DNA of 64,000 bases, taken from positions 140,609 through 204,608 of the forward strand of contig OZ244961.1 of NCBI GenBank assembly GCA_965222715.1, read 5' to 3'. The notes below the pieces were generated by a model, which worked only from the letters and a program-made list of their open reading frames with translations, had not been told where the DNA came from and ran no database searches. Positions 10,216-20,615 of the stretch are shown piece after piece. A program made the position numbers and the translations under genes. Position 1 is the stretch's first letter. Each line of letters begins with the position of its first letter. Source of the stretch: Minisyncoccota bacterium (GTDB lineage: Bacteria > Patescibacteriota > Minisyncoccia > Phycocordibacterales > JABMNX01).

Positions 10216-10680
10216 ATGAATCGTTTCCTACTCCTCATCGGTATCCCTATGGTGTTTGTTGCTGGTTCTTCTTTGTTCCTTCCCAATCAAAGTGTTCAAC
10301 GTAATACTGTGTTTAATACCACGCTATTTCCACTCTCTGTAAATGGAAAGACACTCTCTGTTGCAATTGCTGATACACCGCAACTCCGCCAAACAGGTCT
10401 TTCAGGAGTACCGTATTTACAAAAAGATACCGGGCTCTTTTTTGTGTTTCCTGAAAGTGGTACCTATGGCATGTGGATGAAAGACATGCACTTTTCTATA
10501 GATATTGTGTGGTTAGATAGTGCATTTCGCGTTGTTGATATACACAAGGGGGTATCACCAGAGACATATCCAGAAACATTTTATACAGATACACCGGCGC
10601 GATATGCGCTTGAGGCAGAAGCTGGTTTTGTTGAAGAGTTCGGTGTTGAAGAAGGGCAACTTTTTATATGGAATAGATAA
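10216..10680 (+). CDS. DUF192 domain protein
   Basis: 'IADT...R..GLS', 'GLFFVF', 'MWMKDMHFSIDIVWLD', 'YALE..AG'. Confidence 0.9.
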   Translation: MNRFLLLIGIPMVFVAGSSLFLPNQSVQRNTVFNTTLFPLSVNGKTLSVAIADTPQLRQTGLSGVPYLQKDTGLFFVFPESGTYGMWMKDMHFSIDIVWLDSAFRVVDIHKGVSPETYPETFYTDTPARYALEAEAGFVEEFGVEEGQLFIWNR

Positions 10681-10902
10681 GCAAAGAGAAGGGGTGCTTT
10701 TTTGTTTTTCTTTTTTAGTTACATATCAGTTGAGGGTATGATAAATACTCAATAAAAAAGCCGTTTTTACATACTTGGTTTGACCGTCATTTTTTTTTAT
10801 TTTCTACTGACCATTTTTGTACTTTTCCACAGAATTTTAAAGCTCGTGAGAGGTACAATAGGAAAACAACTACTCATTAACATATAATCTTCTTTCCGCA
10901 CT

Positions 10903-13248
10903 ATGCTTGAAGCTAACAAAAAGGCGAAAGCCGATGCTAAGATCAACGAGATCATGAATACAAAGGTCGAAAAAAATATCCCTACAGTAACTGCTGCTGA
11001 TTACAAAAAATTTGTACCAAAGATACAAAAACGAGATGGTTCTATTGTTTCTTTTGACTTTGAAAAGATTGTTACTGCAATTTACAAAGCAATGGAAGCA
11101 AGCGGAGAAGGTTCTCGTGAAGAAGCAGCAATGGTCGCGCACCGTGTTGTTGCAGATATGGTACGTATTGCACGGAAATACAAGAATTTCATGCCGACTG
11201 TTGAAGGATGTCAGGACGATGTTGAGCGAGAATTGATTCTTGCTGACTATGTTGCGACTGCAAAGTCATACATTCTCTATCGTGCAGAGCATGCGCGTCG
11301 CCGAGCACAGGAAGTTGCTATCCCTAAAGAAGTTCGAGAGACAATTGCGGAGAGTAGTAAATATTTTAAAACTCCATATCAAGAATTTATCTTCTATCAA
11401 TTTTATTCACGGTGGCGAGATGAGCTTGGCCGACGTGAGACGTGGGTTGAAGCAATTGATCGTTACATGGACTTTATGTATGAAAAACTTGGTGACAAAC
11501 TCACCAAGAAAGAATACAAAGATGTGCGTGAAGCAATTCTTAATCAAGACGTTTGTCCTTCTATGCGCCTCTTGTGGTCAGCAGGGAAAGCGTGTCGCGA
11601 TACGAACGTAACTGCGTATAACTGTGCGTACATTGCACCAACATCATGGCGTGATCTTTCTGAGATCATGTATGTGTCTATGTGTGGCGCGGGATGTGGT
11701 TTCTCAGTTGAGCCTGAAAATGTTGAGAAGTTCCCACAAATTCAAAAACAAAAGAAAGGTGAAGTGAAGAAAATTGTTGTAGAAGACAGTAAGGTTGGGT
11801 GGTGTAACGCGTTTGTTGAAGCGTGTGAGGCATGGGCTGGCGGAGGAGAAGCTGAGATTGATTATTCAAAAATTCGTCCTGCTGGTGCACGACTTCTTAC
11901 CATGGGTGGCCGCGCATCAGGACCCGCACCTCTTGAAGAGTTGATGAACTTTACTCGTCGTAAAATTCTTGCAAAGCAAGGTCGACGACTCTCAACCATT
12001 GATGTACACGATATTGCGTGTCAGATTGGCCTTATTGTTGTTGCTGGTGGGGTACGCAGAAGTGCGCTTATTTCACTCTCTTCACTTGATGACACTGATA
12101 TGCGTGACGCAAAGAAGGGCGCATTCTGGCAGACAGAAGGGCAACGCTCAATGGCAAACAACTCCGCAGTGTATGAAGTAAAACCAACTGCTGATGAATT
12201 CTTTGATGAATGGACTGCGCTCGTAAAAGCAAAAAGTGGTGAGCGAGGCATCTTTAACCGTGGTGGCTTTGAAACACAGTTACCAAAACGCCGATGGAAC
12301 AAACTAAAAGACAAAACACAACCAGGAGTCAATCCGTGTGGAGAAATTTACCTGCAGTCAAAGCAGTTCTGTAACCTTACCTCAATCGTTGTTCGTCCAA
12401 ATGACGACATGAAGAGTTTGAAACGAAAGGTTACTCTTGCGACACTTCTGGGAACATACCAAGCAACACTTACTGACTTTGAGTATCTTTCAAAAGATTG
12501 GAAGAAAAATTGTGAAGACGAACAACTACTTGGTGTATCAATTACTGGGTACTATGACAATGAATTAGTGCGTGATGATAATAACCTTGATGCACTTCGA
12601 GAGGAAAGCATTAAGACAAATAAGAAGTATGCAAAGCGATTCAAGAAAAAAGAATCAACGGCAATTACGTGTGTGAAGCCTCATGGAAACTCAGGACAAC
12701 TACTTGGTGTAGGTTCAGGTATGCACCCATGGTTCGCACGCCACTACATTCGCCGGGTACGTATTAGTGTAAATGATCCACTTCTTAAACTTGCTGAAGA
12801 GCAAGGTGTGCCAATTAAGCCTGAAGTAGGATACTCTACATCAAACGCTTCAACGATGGTACTCGAATTTCCAGTAAAGGCGCCTAAGGGTGCGGTATTA
12901 AACAAGGATGTCTCAGCGCTCGACCTTCTTCATGAATGGAAGCGACTCAAGAAACATTTCACTGAACACAATCCATCAGTAACAATTTACGTTGGTGATA
13001 ATGAATGGGTGGGTGTTGCAAACTTCTTGTATGAGAACTGGGATATTGTTGGCGGACTTTCATTCCTTCCACGAACAGATCATATCTACCAACTTGCTCC
13101 ATACGAAGAGATAGGTAAAGAAGAGTATGAGCGTAGAAAGAAAGATCTTGGTGAGATTGATTTCTCAAAACTAATCAGCTTCGAACGAGAAGATAACACG
13201 GTTGGTGCAAAGGAGCTTGCTTGTTTCGCGGGAACCTGTGAGATATAA
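10903..13248 (+). CDS. nrdJ: Class II (adenosylcobalamin-dependent) ribonucleotide reductase with N-terminal ATP cone
   Basis: ATP cone 'IQKRDGS.V.FD.EKI'; 'GGVRRSALI', 'NPCGEI', C-terminal 'ACFAGTCEI'. Confidence 0.9.
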   Translation: MLEANKKAKADAKINEIMNTKVEKNIPTVTAADYKKFVPKIQKRDGSIVSFDFEKIVTAIYKAMEASGEGSREEAAMVAHRVVADMVRIARKYKNFMPTVEGCQDDVERELILADYVATAKSYILYRAEHARRRAQEVAIPKEVRETIAESSKYFKTPYQEFIFYQFYSRWRDELGRRETWVEAIDRYMDFMYEKLGDKLTKKEYKDVREAILNQDVCPSMRLLWSAGKACRDTNVTAYNCAYIAPTSWRDLSEIMYVSMCGAGCGFSVEPENVEKFPQIQKQKKGEVKKIVVEDSKVGWCNAFVEACEAWAGGGEAEIDYSKIRPAGARLLTMGGRASGPAPLEELMNFTRRKILAKQGRRLSTIDVHDIACQIGLIVVAGGVRRSALISLSSLDDTDMRDAKKGAFWQTEGQRSMANNSAVYEVKPTADEFFDEWTALVKAKSGERGIFNRGGFETQLPKRRWNKLKDKTQPGVNPCGEIYLQSKQFCNLTSIVVRPNDDMKSLKRKVTLATLLGTYQATLTDFEYLSKDWKKNCEDEQLLGVSITGYYDNELVRDDNNLDALREESIKTNKKYAKRFKKKESTAITCVKPHGNSGQLLGVGSGMHPWFARHYIRRVRISVNDPLLKLAEEQGVPIKPEVGYSTSNASTMVLEFPVKAPKGAVLNKDVSALDLLHEWKRLKKHFTEHNPSVTIYVGDNEWVGVANFLYENWDIVGGLSFLPRTDHIYQLAPYEEIGKEEYERRKKDLGEIDFSKLISFEREDNTVGAKELACFAGTCEI

Positions 13249-13272
13249 AAAAGACATATAGAGATCTAGATA

Positions 13273-13305
13273 CAAAAAATGGCTCAGTATATGAGCCATT
13301 TTTTG
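13273..13305 (+). terminator. Rho-independent terminator after nrdJ
   Basis: AAAAAATGGCTCA...TGAGCCATTTTTT. Confidence 0.7.
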
Positions 13306-13348
13306 GTATGAGTTGCTAAAATATGTTTTTGTAGTATAGTGTTTGCTA

Positions 13349-13677
13349 GCTTGTATTGGGTAGTTACTGGATATAGTTTCTATATCTAGAGGAAAGTCCG
13401 AACACGTCCACGTAAGTGGAGAAGGGTAGCGGGTAACACCCGTCTAGGGCAACCTAAGAGGTGCGAGCAGAGACGCCTAATTCGAAAGATGAGGGACTCC
13501 TTCGGGAGTAGCTCTGGTGGAAACACTAGAAGTGAAACGGCTAAATCCTTACCTACGTGCAAGGCCGTGCTGAGTTTAACTCAGAGTGCCGCTTGAGGTG
13601 TACAGTGATGTACATCCCAGATAAATGACTACCGTCGTCATTCGTGGCGATACAGAATTCGGCTTATAGATACAAGT
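13349..13677 (+). ncRNA. rnpB: RNase P RNA
   Basis: GAGGAAAGTCCG near the 5' end, AGTGAAACGG, ACAGAATTCGGCTTA near the 3' end; P1 helix CTTGTAT/ATACAAG. Confidence 0.95.
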
Positions 13678-13689
13678 GCAACATATGGT

Positions 13690-13714
13690 AACGACCCCGC
13701 ATAGCGGGGTCGTT
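13690..13714 (+). terminator. Terminator hairpin after rnpB
   Basis: AACGACCCCGC-ATA-GCGGGGTCGTT. Confidence 0.7.
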
Positions 13715-13802
13715 GTCGTTTTATTATACACATTACTACAATTACCTAAGGGTATTGTTCTTTGTTATACTGAGTATTACGTAACATACACTCTACTAGA
13801 TT

Positions 13803-16130
13803 ATGCCAAATCAAAAGCTTGATACATTCGGAACCACCATACTCATGGCATTAGCTTTTCTATTGCCACTTCTCTTTATTCCGTGGCCCTTTGCCTCCTT
13901 TACTGATACAAAATTCTTCTTACTTATATTAGGGGTAACTATAGCGGGGTTGTTGTGGACATTTGCACGACTCAAGTCAAATGAGATGCACATTCCAAAG
14001 ACATACCTAGTTATACCTATGGTGCTCTTCCCGCTACTTGCCGCAATCACTGGTTTATTCTCAGGAAATATACGAAATTCATTTTTAGGCCAGAGTTTTT
14101 CTCTCGACACGGTGCTCACCTCCTTTCTCCTATCTGTTTTATTTTTCTTAGGTATTTTCTTGTTTAATACAAAAGATAAGGTAGTGAAACTCTATCTCCT
14201 TATTCTTGCCTCGTGGCTCATATTTTTTATATACCAACTCGTACGTCTCTTTTTAGGTTTTGATGTTCTTTCCTTCGATCTCTTTTTTGGTAGTACCGGC
14301 AATTTACTTGGAAAGTGGAATGACGTCGCTATCTTTGCAGGCGTTATTACGCTCATGGCAACGCTTACTATAAGTGTATTACGTCCCTATGGGTTACTTA
14401 GTTGGCTTTCGTACGCTGGTCTAGTATCATCCCTCTTTCTCCTTGTCGTCGTTAACTTTCAAGTGGTGTGGATTGTACTTGCAGCCATTTCATTCTTATT
14501 ACTTGCGCAAGCATTTTTTAAAGCACGTTTTGCTGAAGTGATACAACAAAAAGAAGAGGGTGAAGAAAAAGAACGTGTTCCAGGTTTAGTATTGTGCGTG
14601 TTTGCTATATCAGTACTTTTTGTCTTTGCTGGAAACTTGTTTGAAGGATACATAAGTAGTTATTTAGGAATCGCTCAACTCGAAGCTCGACCATCTGTGC
14701 AGGCAACCACTCTTATAGTAAAAGATGTATACAGCACTAATCCGTTTTTAGGTATTGGTCCAAACAATTTTACAAAAGAATGGCTTACACATAAGCCTTC
14801 GGGAGTAAATCAATCTCCATTTTGGGATACAGACTTTTCATTTGGCGTCGGCATAATCCCAACATTTTTTATTACCCAGGGCGTACTGAGCGTACTACTG
14901 TGGCTTACATTTTTTGGGCTCTTTGTGTGGTTAGGAATTCGGACATTTGCTAATGTGCGTCAAAAAGTGTTCGATAACTACCTTGGCATGACTTCATTTC
15001 TTGCAGCACTCTTTCTTTGGGTACTTTCAATATTTTATGTGCCTGGTGTGGTGTTGTTCGCACTTACATTCCTCATTTCAGGTGTTTTTGTTGCAACACA
15101 AATTAACACTGGTGCGGTGAAAAAGATACACGTTGTATTTAGTGAAAATATTAGAACTGGTTTCATCAGTGTAGTACTCCTCTTTCTTCTTCTTGCAACC
15201 TTACTTTCTTCACTCTACATCGGAGTAACAAAGTTTGGTGCGTCTATATACACTACTCAGGCACAGATAGTCGCGAGAGACAGTGGAGATTTTGATACGG
15301 CTCAAAAACACATTAGCCAAGCACTACTCTTTAGTGAAGGTGATTATATCTATCGCGCCGCTTCAAATATTTCAATGCTTCGTCTTTCAGATATTGTTAG
15401 TAGAGGATCAGAGGCTGAGAATGCGCAGCAAGAGTTTCAAACAACGCTTTCTAACGCGCTTGATAGTGCTCGACAAGCACTTCGACTTGATGCAGAGAAC
15501 TATCAAAACTGGCTTACACTTGCGAGAGTATACGAGGGTCTTATTCCTCTTGGTATAGAGGGGGCATATAGTAATGCAAAAATTGGATACGAGCGAGCAC
15601 TTGAATACAACACGAACAATCCACGACTACATACAAACATTGCTCGCGTTGAAGCACTCCAGGGTAATAATGAGACTGCGCGAGAACGTATTACTTCAGC
15701 ACTACAGGCAAAAAATGATTACACTCCAGCCCTCTTCCTTCTTTCAGAAATAGAGGTTCGTGAAGGTAGAGTTTCTGACGCAATCTCTTCGGTTGAGAGT
15801 GCCTCACTCCTTGCGCCAAGTGATCCAACGGTGTTTTTCCAACTAGGTATTCTAAAATATTCAGAAAACGATTTTACCGGTGCTATACGAGCTCTTGAAC
15901 GTGCAGTTTTTCTAGATAATCAATATTCAAATGCGCGGTACTTCCTTGGTCTTTCTTATTACGAAGAGAGAAGGGGTGATGATGCACTTGAGCAGTTTGA
16001 ATTTATTCAGACATTGAATCCAGATAATGAAGAAATTGAGCTCATCATTCAAAACCTTATCGCAGGAAGAGCACCACTTGAAAACTTTACACCACCAACA
16101 AGCGCAACAGGGGGAAATCTCCCATTTTAA
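13803..16130 (+). CDS. Polytopic membrane protein (O-antigen ligase/Wzy-like) with C-terminal TPR repeats
   Basis: About 13 TM helices, 'LGIGPNNF' loop motif, TPR tail 'A..ALERAV.LD..YSNARYFLGL.Y'. Confidence 0.75.
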   Translation: MPNQKLDTFGTTILMALAFLLPLLFIPWPFASFTDTKFFLLILGVTIAGLLWTFARLKSNEMHIPKTYLVIPMVLFPLLAAITGLFSGNIRNSFLGQSFSLDTVLTSFLLSVLFFLGIFLFNTKDKVVKLYLLILASWLIFFIYQLVRLFLGFDVLSFDLFFGSTGNLLGKWNDVAIFAGVITLMATLTISVLRPYGLLSWLSYAGLVSSLFLLVVVNFQVVWIVLAAISFLLLAQAFFKARFAEVIQQKEEGEEKERVPGLVLCVFAISVLFVFAGNLFEGYISSYLGIAQLEARPSVQATTLIVKDVYSTNPFLGIGPNNFTKEWLTHKPSGVNQSPFWDTDFSFGVGIIPTFFITQGVLSVLLWLTFFGLFVWLGIRTFANVRQKVFDNYLGMTSFLAALFLWVLSIFYVPGVVLFALTFLISGVFVATQINTGAVKKIHVVFSENIRTGFISVVLLFLLLATLLSSLYIGVTKFGASIYTTQAQIVARDSGDFDTAQKHISQALLFSEGDYIYRAASNISMLRLSDIVSRGSEAENAQQEFQTTLSNALDSARQALRLDAENYQNWLTLARVYEGLIPLGIEGAYSNAKIGYERALEYNTNNPRLHTNIARVEALQGNNETARERITSALQAKNDYTPALFLLSEIEVREGRVSDAISSVESASLLAPSDPTVFFQLGILKYSENDFTGAIRALERAVFLDNQYSNARYFLGLSYYEERRGDDALEQFEFIQTLNPDNEEIELIIQNLIAGRAPLENFTPPTSATGGNLPF

Positions 16131-16136
16131 TGCAGT

Positions 16137-17813
16137 ATGGTTCGGCGGATTGTTTCACTTCTTCATCAAGAAATACGCGGCTTACATGAAGCCGCTTACT
16201 TTCTTGGGTTTTTTGCACTTTTCTCAGCGATACTAGCTTTGGTAAGAGACAGACTTCTTGCACACTACTTTGGTGCTGGAGAAGTACTTGATATTTACTA
16301 CGCAGCATTTCGTATTCCTGATCTAGTGTTTGTCTCTATTGCCTCAATGGTTTCGGTCTATGTGCTGATTCCGTTTCTAAATAAAAACGGAGAAAGTGAT
16401 GAAGAATATCACAAAGCATTTATTGGTCGGGTACTTTCAGTATTTTTATTCTCCATAACAGCAGTAAGTATTGTTTTATGGATCCTTGCCCCACAGTTAC
16501 TGCCGCGTCTGTTTCCAGGCCTCACTGATTCATCATATTTCGATACACTTGTACTCTTAACACGCATACTCCTTATACAGCCAATTCTACTTGGAGTCTC
16601 TAATATATTTGGAAGTATTACGCAGGTATATAGTCGTTTTGTACTCTATGCAGTAGCGCCACTTCTTTATAATGTTGGTATTATTGTTGGTGTTCTCTTC
16701 TTCTACCCAGCATTCGGTATTATTGGGCTTGGGTATGGCGTCATTCTTGGCGCCCTCCTTCATGCCGGTATTCAGCTACCATTTATGACGGCACGGGGTT
16801 TCCTTTCTCGTCTAACATTTCGCATTAATGCTGGGGAAATAAAAAGTATTGTACTTCTCTCTTTACCCCGAACGCTTGCCCTTTCTGCGCAACACATTGC
16901 CCTCCTTTTTCTTATTTCTCTCGCATCAGTTATGGCAGAAGGCTCAATCACCGTGTTTACCTTTTCTTTTAATCTCCAAGCGGTGCCGCTTGCAATCATT
17001 GGTTCGAGTTACTCTGTGGCTGCGTTTCCAACACTTGCACGGCTATTTTCAAATGGTAACCAAAAAGAGTTTAGGCAACACATATTAGTTGCTGCACGAC
17101 ATATTATCTTCTGGTCAACACCAATCATTGTACTTTTTATTGTCCTTCGTGCTCAAATTGTACGTGTCATTCTTGGGTCAGGGGAGTTTGATTGGGCTGA
17201 CACCCGCTTGACCGCGGCACTCTTAGCACTTTTCATGCTCTCTCTTATTGCACAAGGTCTTACCTATCTTTTTGTTCGTGGGTATTATGCCCAAGGGAAG
17301 ACACTTATTCCTCTTATTATAAATCTCTTTTCCGCAGGTATTATTATTGCTTCATCCTACCTATTCCTCACACTATTTAAAATATCTGAGATGTGGCGGT
17401 ACTTCTTTGAATCTCTTTTCAGAGTGGAAGACATTGTAGGTACAGAGGTCTTAATGCTCCCACTTAGTTTTTCACTTGGTATGATTATAAACGCTATTAT
17501 CCTCTGGATTCTTTTTGAGCGGGATACCCACACATTTACTGGACCGATGGTGAGAGTGTTATTCGAGACACTTTCAGCTTCAGTGGTAATGGGATTTGTT
17601 GCTCACCAATTACTCAACTTCTTTGACGACATCTTTGATATCAATACATTTTGGGGTATATTTTCGCAAGGCTTCTTTTCAGGTATACTCGGTATTGTCG
17701 CGGGTATCATCCTCTTAAAAGCTCTTGGAAGTCAAGAGTTAGAAGAGGTAAAGAATTCACTCCATCGTAAATTCTGGAAATCACGCCCAATAGGCGGAGG
17801 CACTGAGTTGTAG
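16137..17813 (+). CDS. murJ: Lipid II flippase MurJ (MviN)
   Basis: 'L.LVRDRLLA..FGAG..LD.YYAAFRIPD', multi-TM. Confidence 0.92.
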   Translation: MVRRIVSLLHQEIRGLHEAAYFLGFFALFSAILALVRDRLLAHYFGAGEVLDIYYAAFRIPDLVFVSIASMVSVYVLIPFLNKNGESDEEYHKAFIGRVLSVFLFSITAVSIVLWILAPQLLPRLFPGLTDSSYFDTLVLLTRILLIQPILLGVSNIFGSITQVYSRFVLYAVAPLLYNVGIIVGVLFFYPAFGIIGLGYGVILGALLHAGIQLPFMTARGFLSRLTFRINAGEIKSIVLLSLPRTLALSAQHIALLFLISLASVMAEGSITVFTFSFNLQAVPLAIIGSSYSVAAFPTLARLFSNGNQKEFRQHILVAARHIIFWSTPIIVLFIVLRAQIVRVILGSGEFDWADTRLTAALLALFMLSLIAQGLTYLFVRGYYAQGKTLIPLIINLFSAGIIIASSYLFLTLFKISEMWRYFFESLFRVEDIVGTEVLMLPLSFSLGMIINAIILWILFERDTHTFTGPMVRVLFETLSASVVMGFVAHQLLNFFDDIFDINTFWGIFSQGFFSGILGIVAGIILLKALGSQELEEVKNSLHRKFWKSRPIGGGTEL

Positions 17814-17834
17814 TACGCTACTCACATATATTGT

Positions 17835-19625
17835 ATGAATCATATACGGAATTTTAGTATTATCGCGCATATCGACCACGGCAAATCAACGCTTGCTGAT
17901 CGTATGCTCGAGGTGACCAAAACAGTTGAGGTCAGAAAAATGAAAGAGCAAGTGCTTGATAGCATGGATCTTGAACGTGAGCGGGGTATTACTATAAAAA
18001 TGCAGCCAGTGACAATGCAATATGCAAGAGATGGTGCTGAGTATACCTTTAACCTTATTGATACTCCTGGTCACATTGATTTTCATTACGAAGTATCTCG
18101 TGCACTTAAAGCTGTAGAAGGGGTAGTACTTCTTGTTGATAGTACTCAAGGAGTACAAGCGCAAACTCTCTCAACACTTCGTATGGCAGAAGAACTTGGT
18201 TTGGTTATTGTTCCAGTCTTAAGTAAGGTAGATTCACCTCTTGCTCGGGTGGAAGAAGTGAAAAAAGAAGTTGCTAAACTTCTTTCATGTAGTGAAGAGG
18301 ATATTCTTACCTGCTCAGGTAAGACCGGGGAAGGTGTTGAAGAAGTGCTTTGTAGGGTTATCGATGTTGTACCACCTCCACAGTCTACTGGAGAGGAATT
18401 CAGAGGTTTAATATTTGATTTTCAGTACTCGACACACCGAGGAGTTATCGTATACATTCGAGTGCTTGATGGCACGGTAAAGAGTGGCTCGCAGCTTTTC
18501 TTTAAGGGTGCGCAAGAAAAATTTAATGCGATTGAGGTTGGTATCTTCTCTCCTGAAGAAAAACCTGTTCAATCGCTTACTGCTGGTGCTATTGGCTACA
18601 TTGTAACTGGTATTAAGCGACCAGGAATTGCTTCTGTTGGAGATACTGTAGTGTTACAGGGAAGTAACGCCCAAGCTCTTTCAGGATATCGCACACCAGC
18701 GCCTATGGTTTGGGCGTCAGTCTATCCTGAGAGCCAAGACGATTTCACGGAACTACGCCAAGCGCTTGAGCGCCTTCGACTTTCTGATTCCTCGCTTTCG
18801 TTTGAGGAAGAAATGTCAGGAGTCATGGGTCGTGGTTTTCGCTGTGGCTTCTTAGGAATGCTTCATCTTGAAATCATTACTGAGCGACTCCAGAGAGAAT
18901 TTGGTCTTGGACTAGTGGTAACAACGCCAAGTATTACCTACGAAGCAGTGCTCAAAGGTGGAGAACACAAAAAGATATACTCTGCTATTCAGTTCCCCGA
19001 ACACAGCACTTTTGAAAAAATTCTTGAACCATGGGTTTCAATAGAAATCATTGTGCCCCCAGAGTATCTTGGTCCAGTCACCCAGCTACTGTATGAACAC
19101 GAAGCAATGATAGGAGATTCAGAAAACTTTGGTGACAATCGAATGCGTATTTGTGCTGACATGCCGCTGCGTGAGTTGATGCGTAACTTTTTTGATCGAC
19201 TCAAAAATGTTTCATCTGGTTTTGCTTCAATTCTCTATGAAATTGAAGATATGCTTGAGGCAGATGTAGTGCGACTAGACATTCTTGTCTCTGAAGAACT
19301 TGTGCCAGCATTTTCTCGTATTGTCTCACGTCGCCGTGTGCAAGAAGAAGCTGAATCACTTGTTGAACGTCTTTACACACTACTCCCAAAACAACAAGTG
19401 GTGACCAAGATTCAAGCGCAAGCCCTCGGAAGAATAATTGCCTCTAAAAAACTTTCTGCCCTTAAGAAGGATGTAACCGGACATCTTTACGGTGGTGATA
19501 TAACAAGAAAACGAAAGCTGTGGGAGAAGCAGAAGAAAGGAAAGAAGAAAATGCAGCAGTTTGCAAAAGCAAACATACCGCAAGAAGTGTTTCTTAAGGT
19601 AATGAGAGGGGAGGAGAAAAAATAA
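17835..19625 (+). CDS. lepA: Elongation factor 4 (LepA)
   Basis: 'IRNFSIIAHIDHGKSTLADR', 'GFRCGFLGMLHLEI', 'YGGDITRKRKL.EKQK.GKKKM'. Confidence 0.98.
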   Translation: MNHIRNFSIIAHIDHGKSTLADRMLEVTKTVEVRKMKEQVLDSMDLERERGITIKMQPVTMQYARDGAEYTFNLIDTPGHIDFHYEVSRALKAVEGVVLLVDSTQGVQAQTLSTLRMAEELGLVIVPVLSKVDSPLARVEEVKKEVAKLLSCSEEDILTCSGKTGEGVEEVLCRVIDVVPPPQSTGEEFRGLIFDFQYSTHRGVIVYIRVLDGTVKSGSQLFFKGAQEKFNAIEVGIFSPEEKPVQSLTAGAIGYIVTGIKRPGIASVGDTVVLQGSNAQALSGYRTPAPMVWASVYPESQDDFTELRQALERLRLSDSSLSFEEEMSGVMGRGFRCGFLGMLHLEIITERLQREFGLGLVVTTPSITYEAVLKGGEHKKIYSAIQFPEHSTFEKILEPWVSIEIIVPPEYLGPVTQLLYEHEAMIGDSENFGDNRMRICADMPLRELMRNFFDRLKNVSSGFASILYEIEDMLEADVVRLDILVSEELVPAFSRIVSRRRVQEEAESLVERLYTLLPKQQVVTKIQAQALGRIIASKKLSALKKDVTGHLYGGDITRKRKLWEKQKKGKKKMQQFAKANIPQEVFLKVMRGEEKK

Positions 19626-19628
19626 GTA

Positions 19629-19751
19629 CTAATACCCAACTCCAGGAACCAGTCCGGGTGCAAAGAAAAGCACCATACTGATGATAATAAGTATACCGAG
19701 AACCATCCAGGTATACTTCACTATTTTTTTCGTTCGTTTATCGAATAACAT
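19629..19751 (-). CDS. Small single-TM protein (40 aa, not in ORF track)
   Basis: Translates to MLFDKRTKKIVKYTWMVLGILIIISMVLFFAPGLVPGVGY; fills the lepA-ftsB gap. Confidence 0.6.
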   Translation of the reverse strand: MLFDKRTKKIVKYTWMVLGILIIISMVLFFAPGLVPGVGY

Positions 19752-19809
19752 ACTATTGTTTTGAGGTATAATAAGCTAAAGACATACCTTTTTCAAGGTG
19801 TACGTATGT

Positions 19810-20196
19810 ATGTTTGATTTTTACGAGAAACGAAAGATGCGACAGTGGTTTTTGTCGTGGCCCTCATTAATTATTCTTATTATTCTCACATTCTTTCTTG
19901 CTCGTGGGGTGTGGGGTGTGTATGTACAGGAGCGAGACACACGTATCACTAAAAATCAGCGTGTCGCTCATCTAGAAGAGTTAGAAGGCCGTGAGTCAGC
20001 ACTTCAGGAGGAACTTGATCGATTAGATACGGAACGTGGAGTCGAAGAAGAAATACGAAGAAAGTTTGAAGTTGCTAGGGAGGGAGAAAAAGTGATTGTA
20101 ATAGTTGATGCCCCTACTAATGCCGGAGAAGATAGTGGGGGTAATCCAAAAGGTTTTTGGCGTTCTTTTTTTGATACTGTTGTTTTTTGGGACTAG
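19810..20196 (+). CDS. Septum formation initiator family protein (FtsB/DivIC-like)
   Basis: TM helix, coiled coil, 'GVEEEIRRKF.VAREGEKVIVIV'. Confidence 0.75.
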   Translation: MFDFYEKRKMRQWFLSWPSLIILIILTFFLARGVWGVYVQERDTRITKNQRVAHLEELEGRESALQEELDRLDTERGVEEEIRRKFEVAREGEKVIVIVDAPTNAGEDSGGNPKGFWRSFFDTVVFWD

Positions 20197-20245
20197 TGGA
20201 GGTGTGGTATACTACTTCGTATCATTAGGAGATAAAATAAATAGT

Positions 20246-20482
20246 ATGGATAAACAAGTAGTTATTTATAGCACCCCGACTTGTCATTTCTGTCAGATGA
20301 CAAAAGAATTCTTAAAAGAGAATAATATTGAGTACACAGATTATAATGTTGCTGAAGATATGGAAAAGCGACAAGAAATGATTGAGAAGAGTGGACAAAT
20401 GGGAGTACCAGTAACATTTGTCGATGAAGAGATGTTTGTGGGGTTTGATAAAGACAAACTCTCACAAGCTCTTGGATTGTAA
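20246..20482 (+). CDS. Glutaredoxin-like protein (NrdH/YruB family)
   Basis: 'VVIYSTPTCHFC', 'KSGQMGVPV'; start taken at ATG 20246. Confidence 0.92.
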   Translation: MDKQVVIYSTPTCHFCQMTKEFLKENNIEYTDYNVAEDMEKRQEMIEKSGQMGVPVTFVDEEMFVGFDKDKLSQALGL

Positions 20483-20615
20483 GGGCTCTAGAATAACTTA
20501 CGTGCAAAAAACACGAAAATTTTGTTGGTGTTTTTTAGCACTACAGTAAATTGACAAAATTAATAAATCATTTTATTATATATACCAGTTTCATTAAGGG
20601 TGTTAGGAGGTCTAG

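Noticed and set aside
10823-10831. DnaA-box-like TTTTCCACA upstream of nrdJ
   Set aside because: A single imperfect 9-mer is expected by chance; no cluster and no NrdR box recognised.
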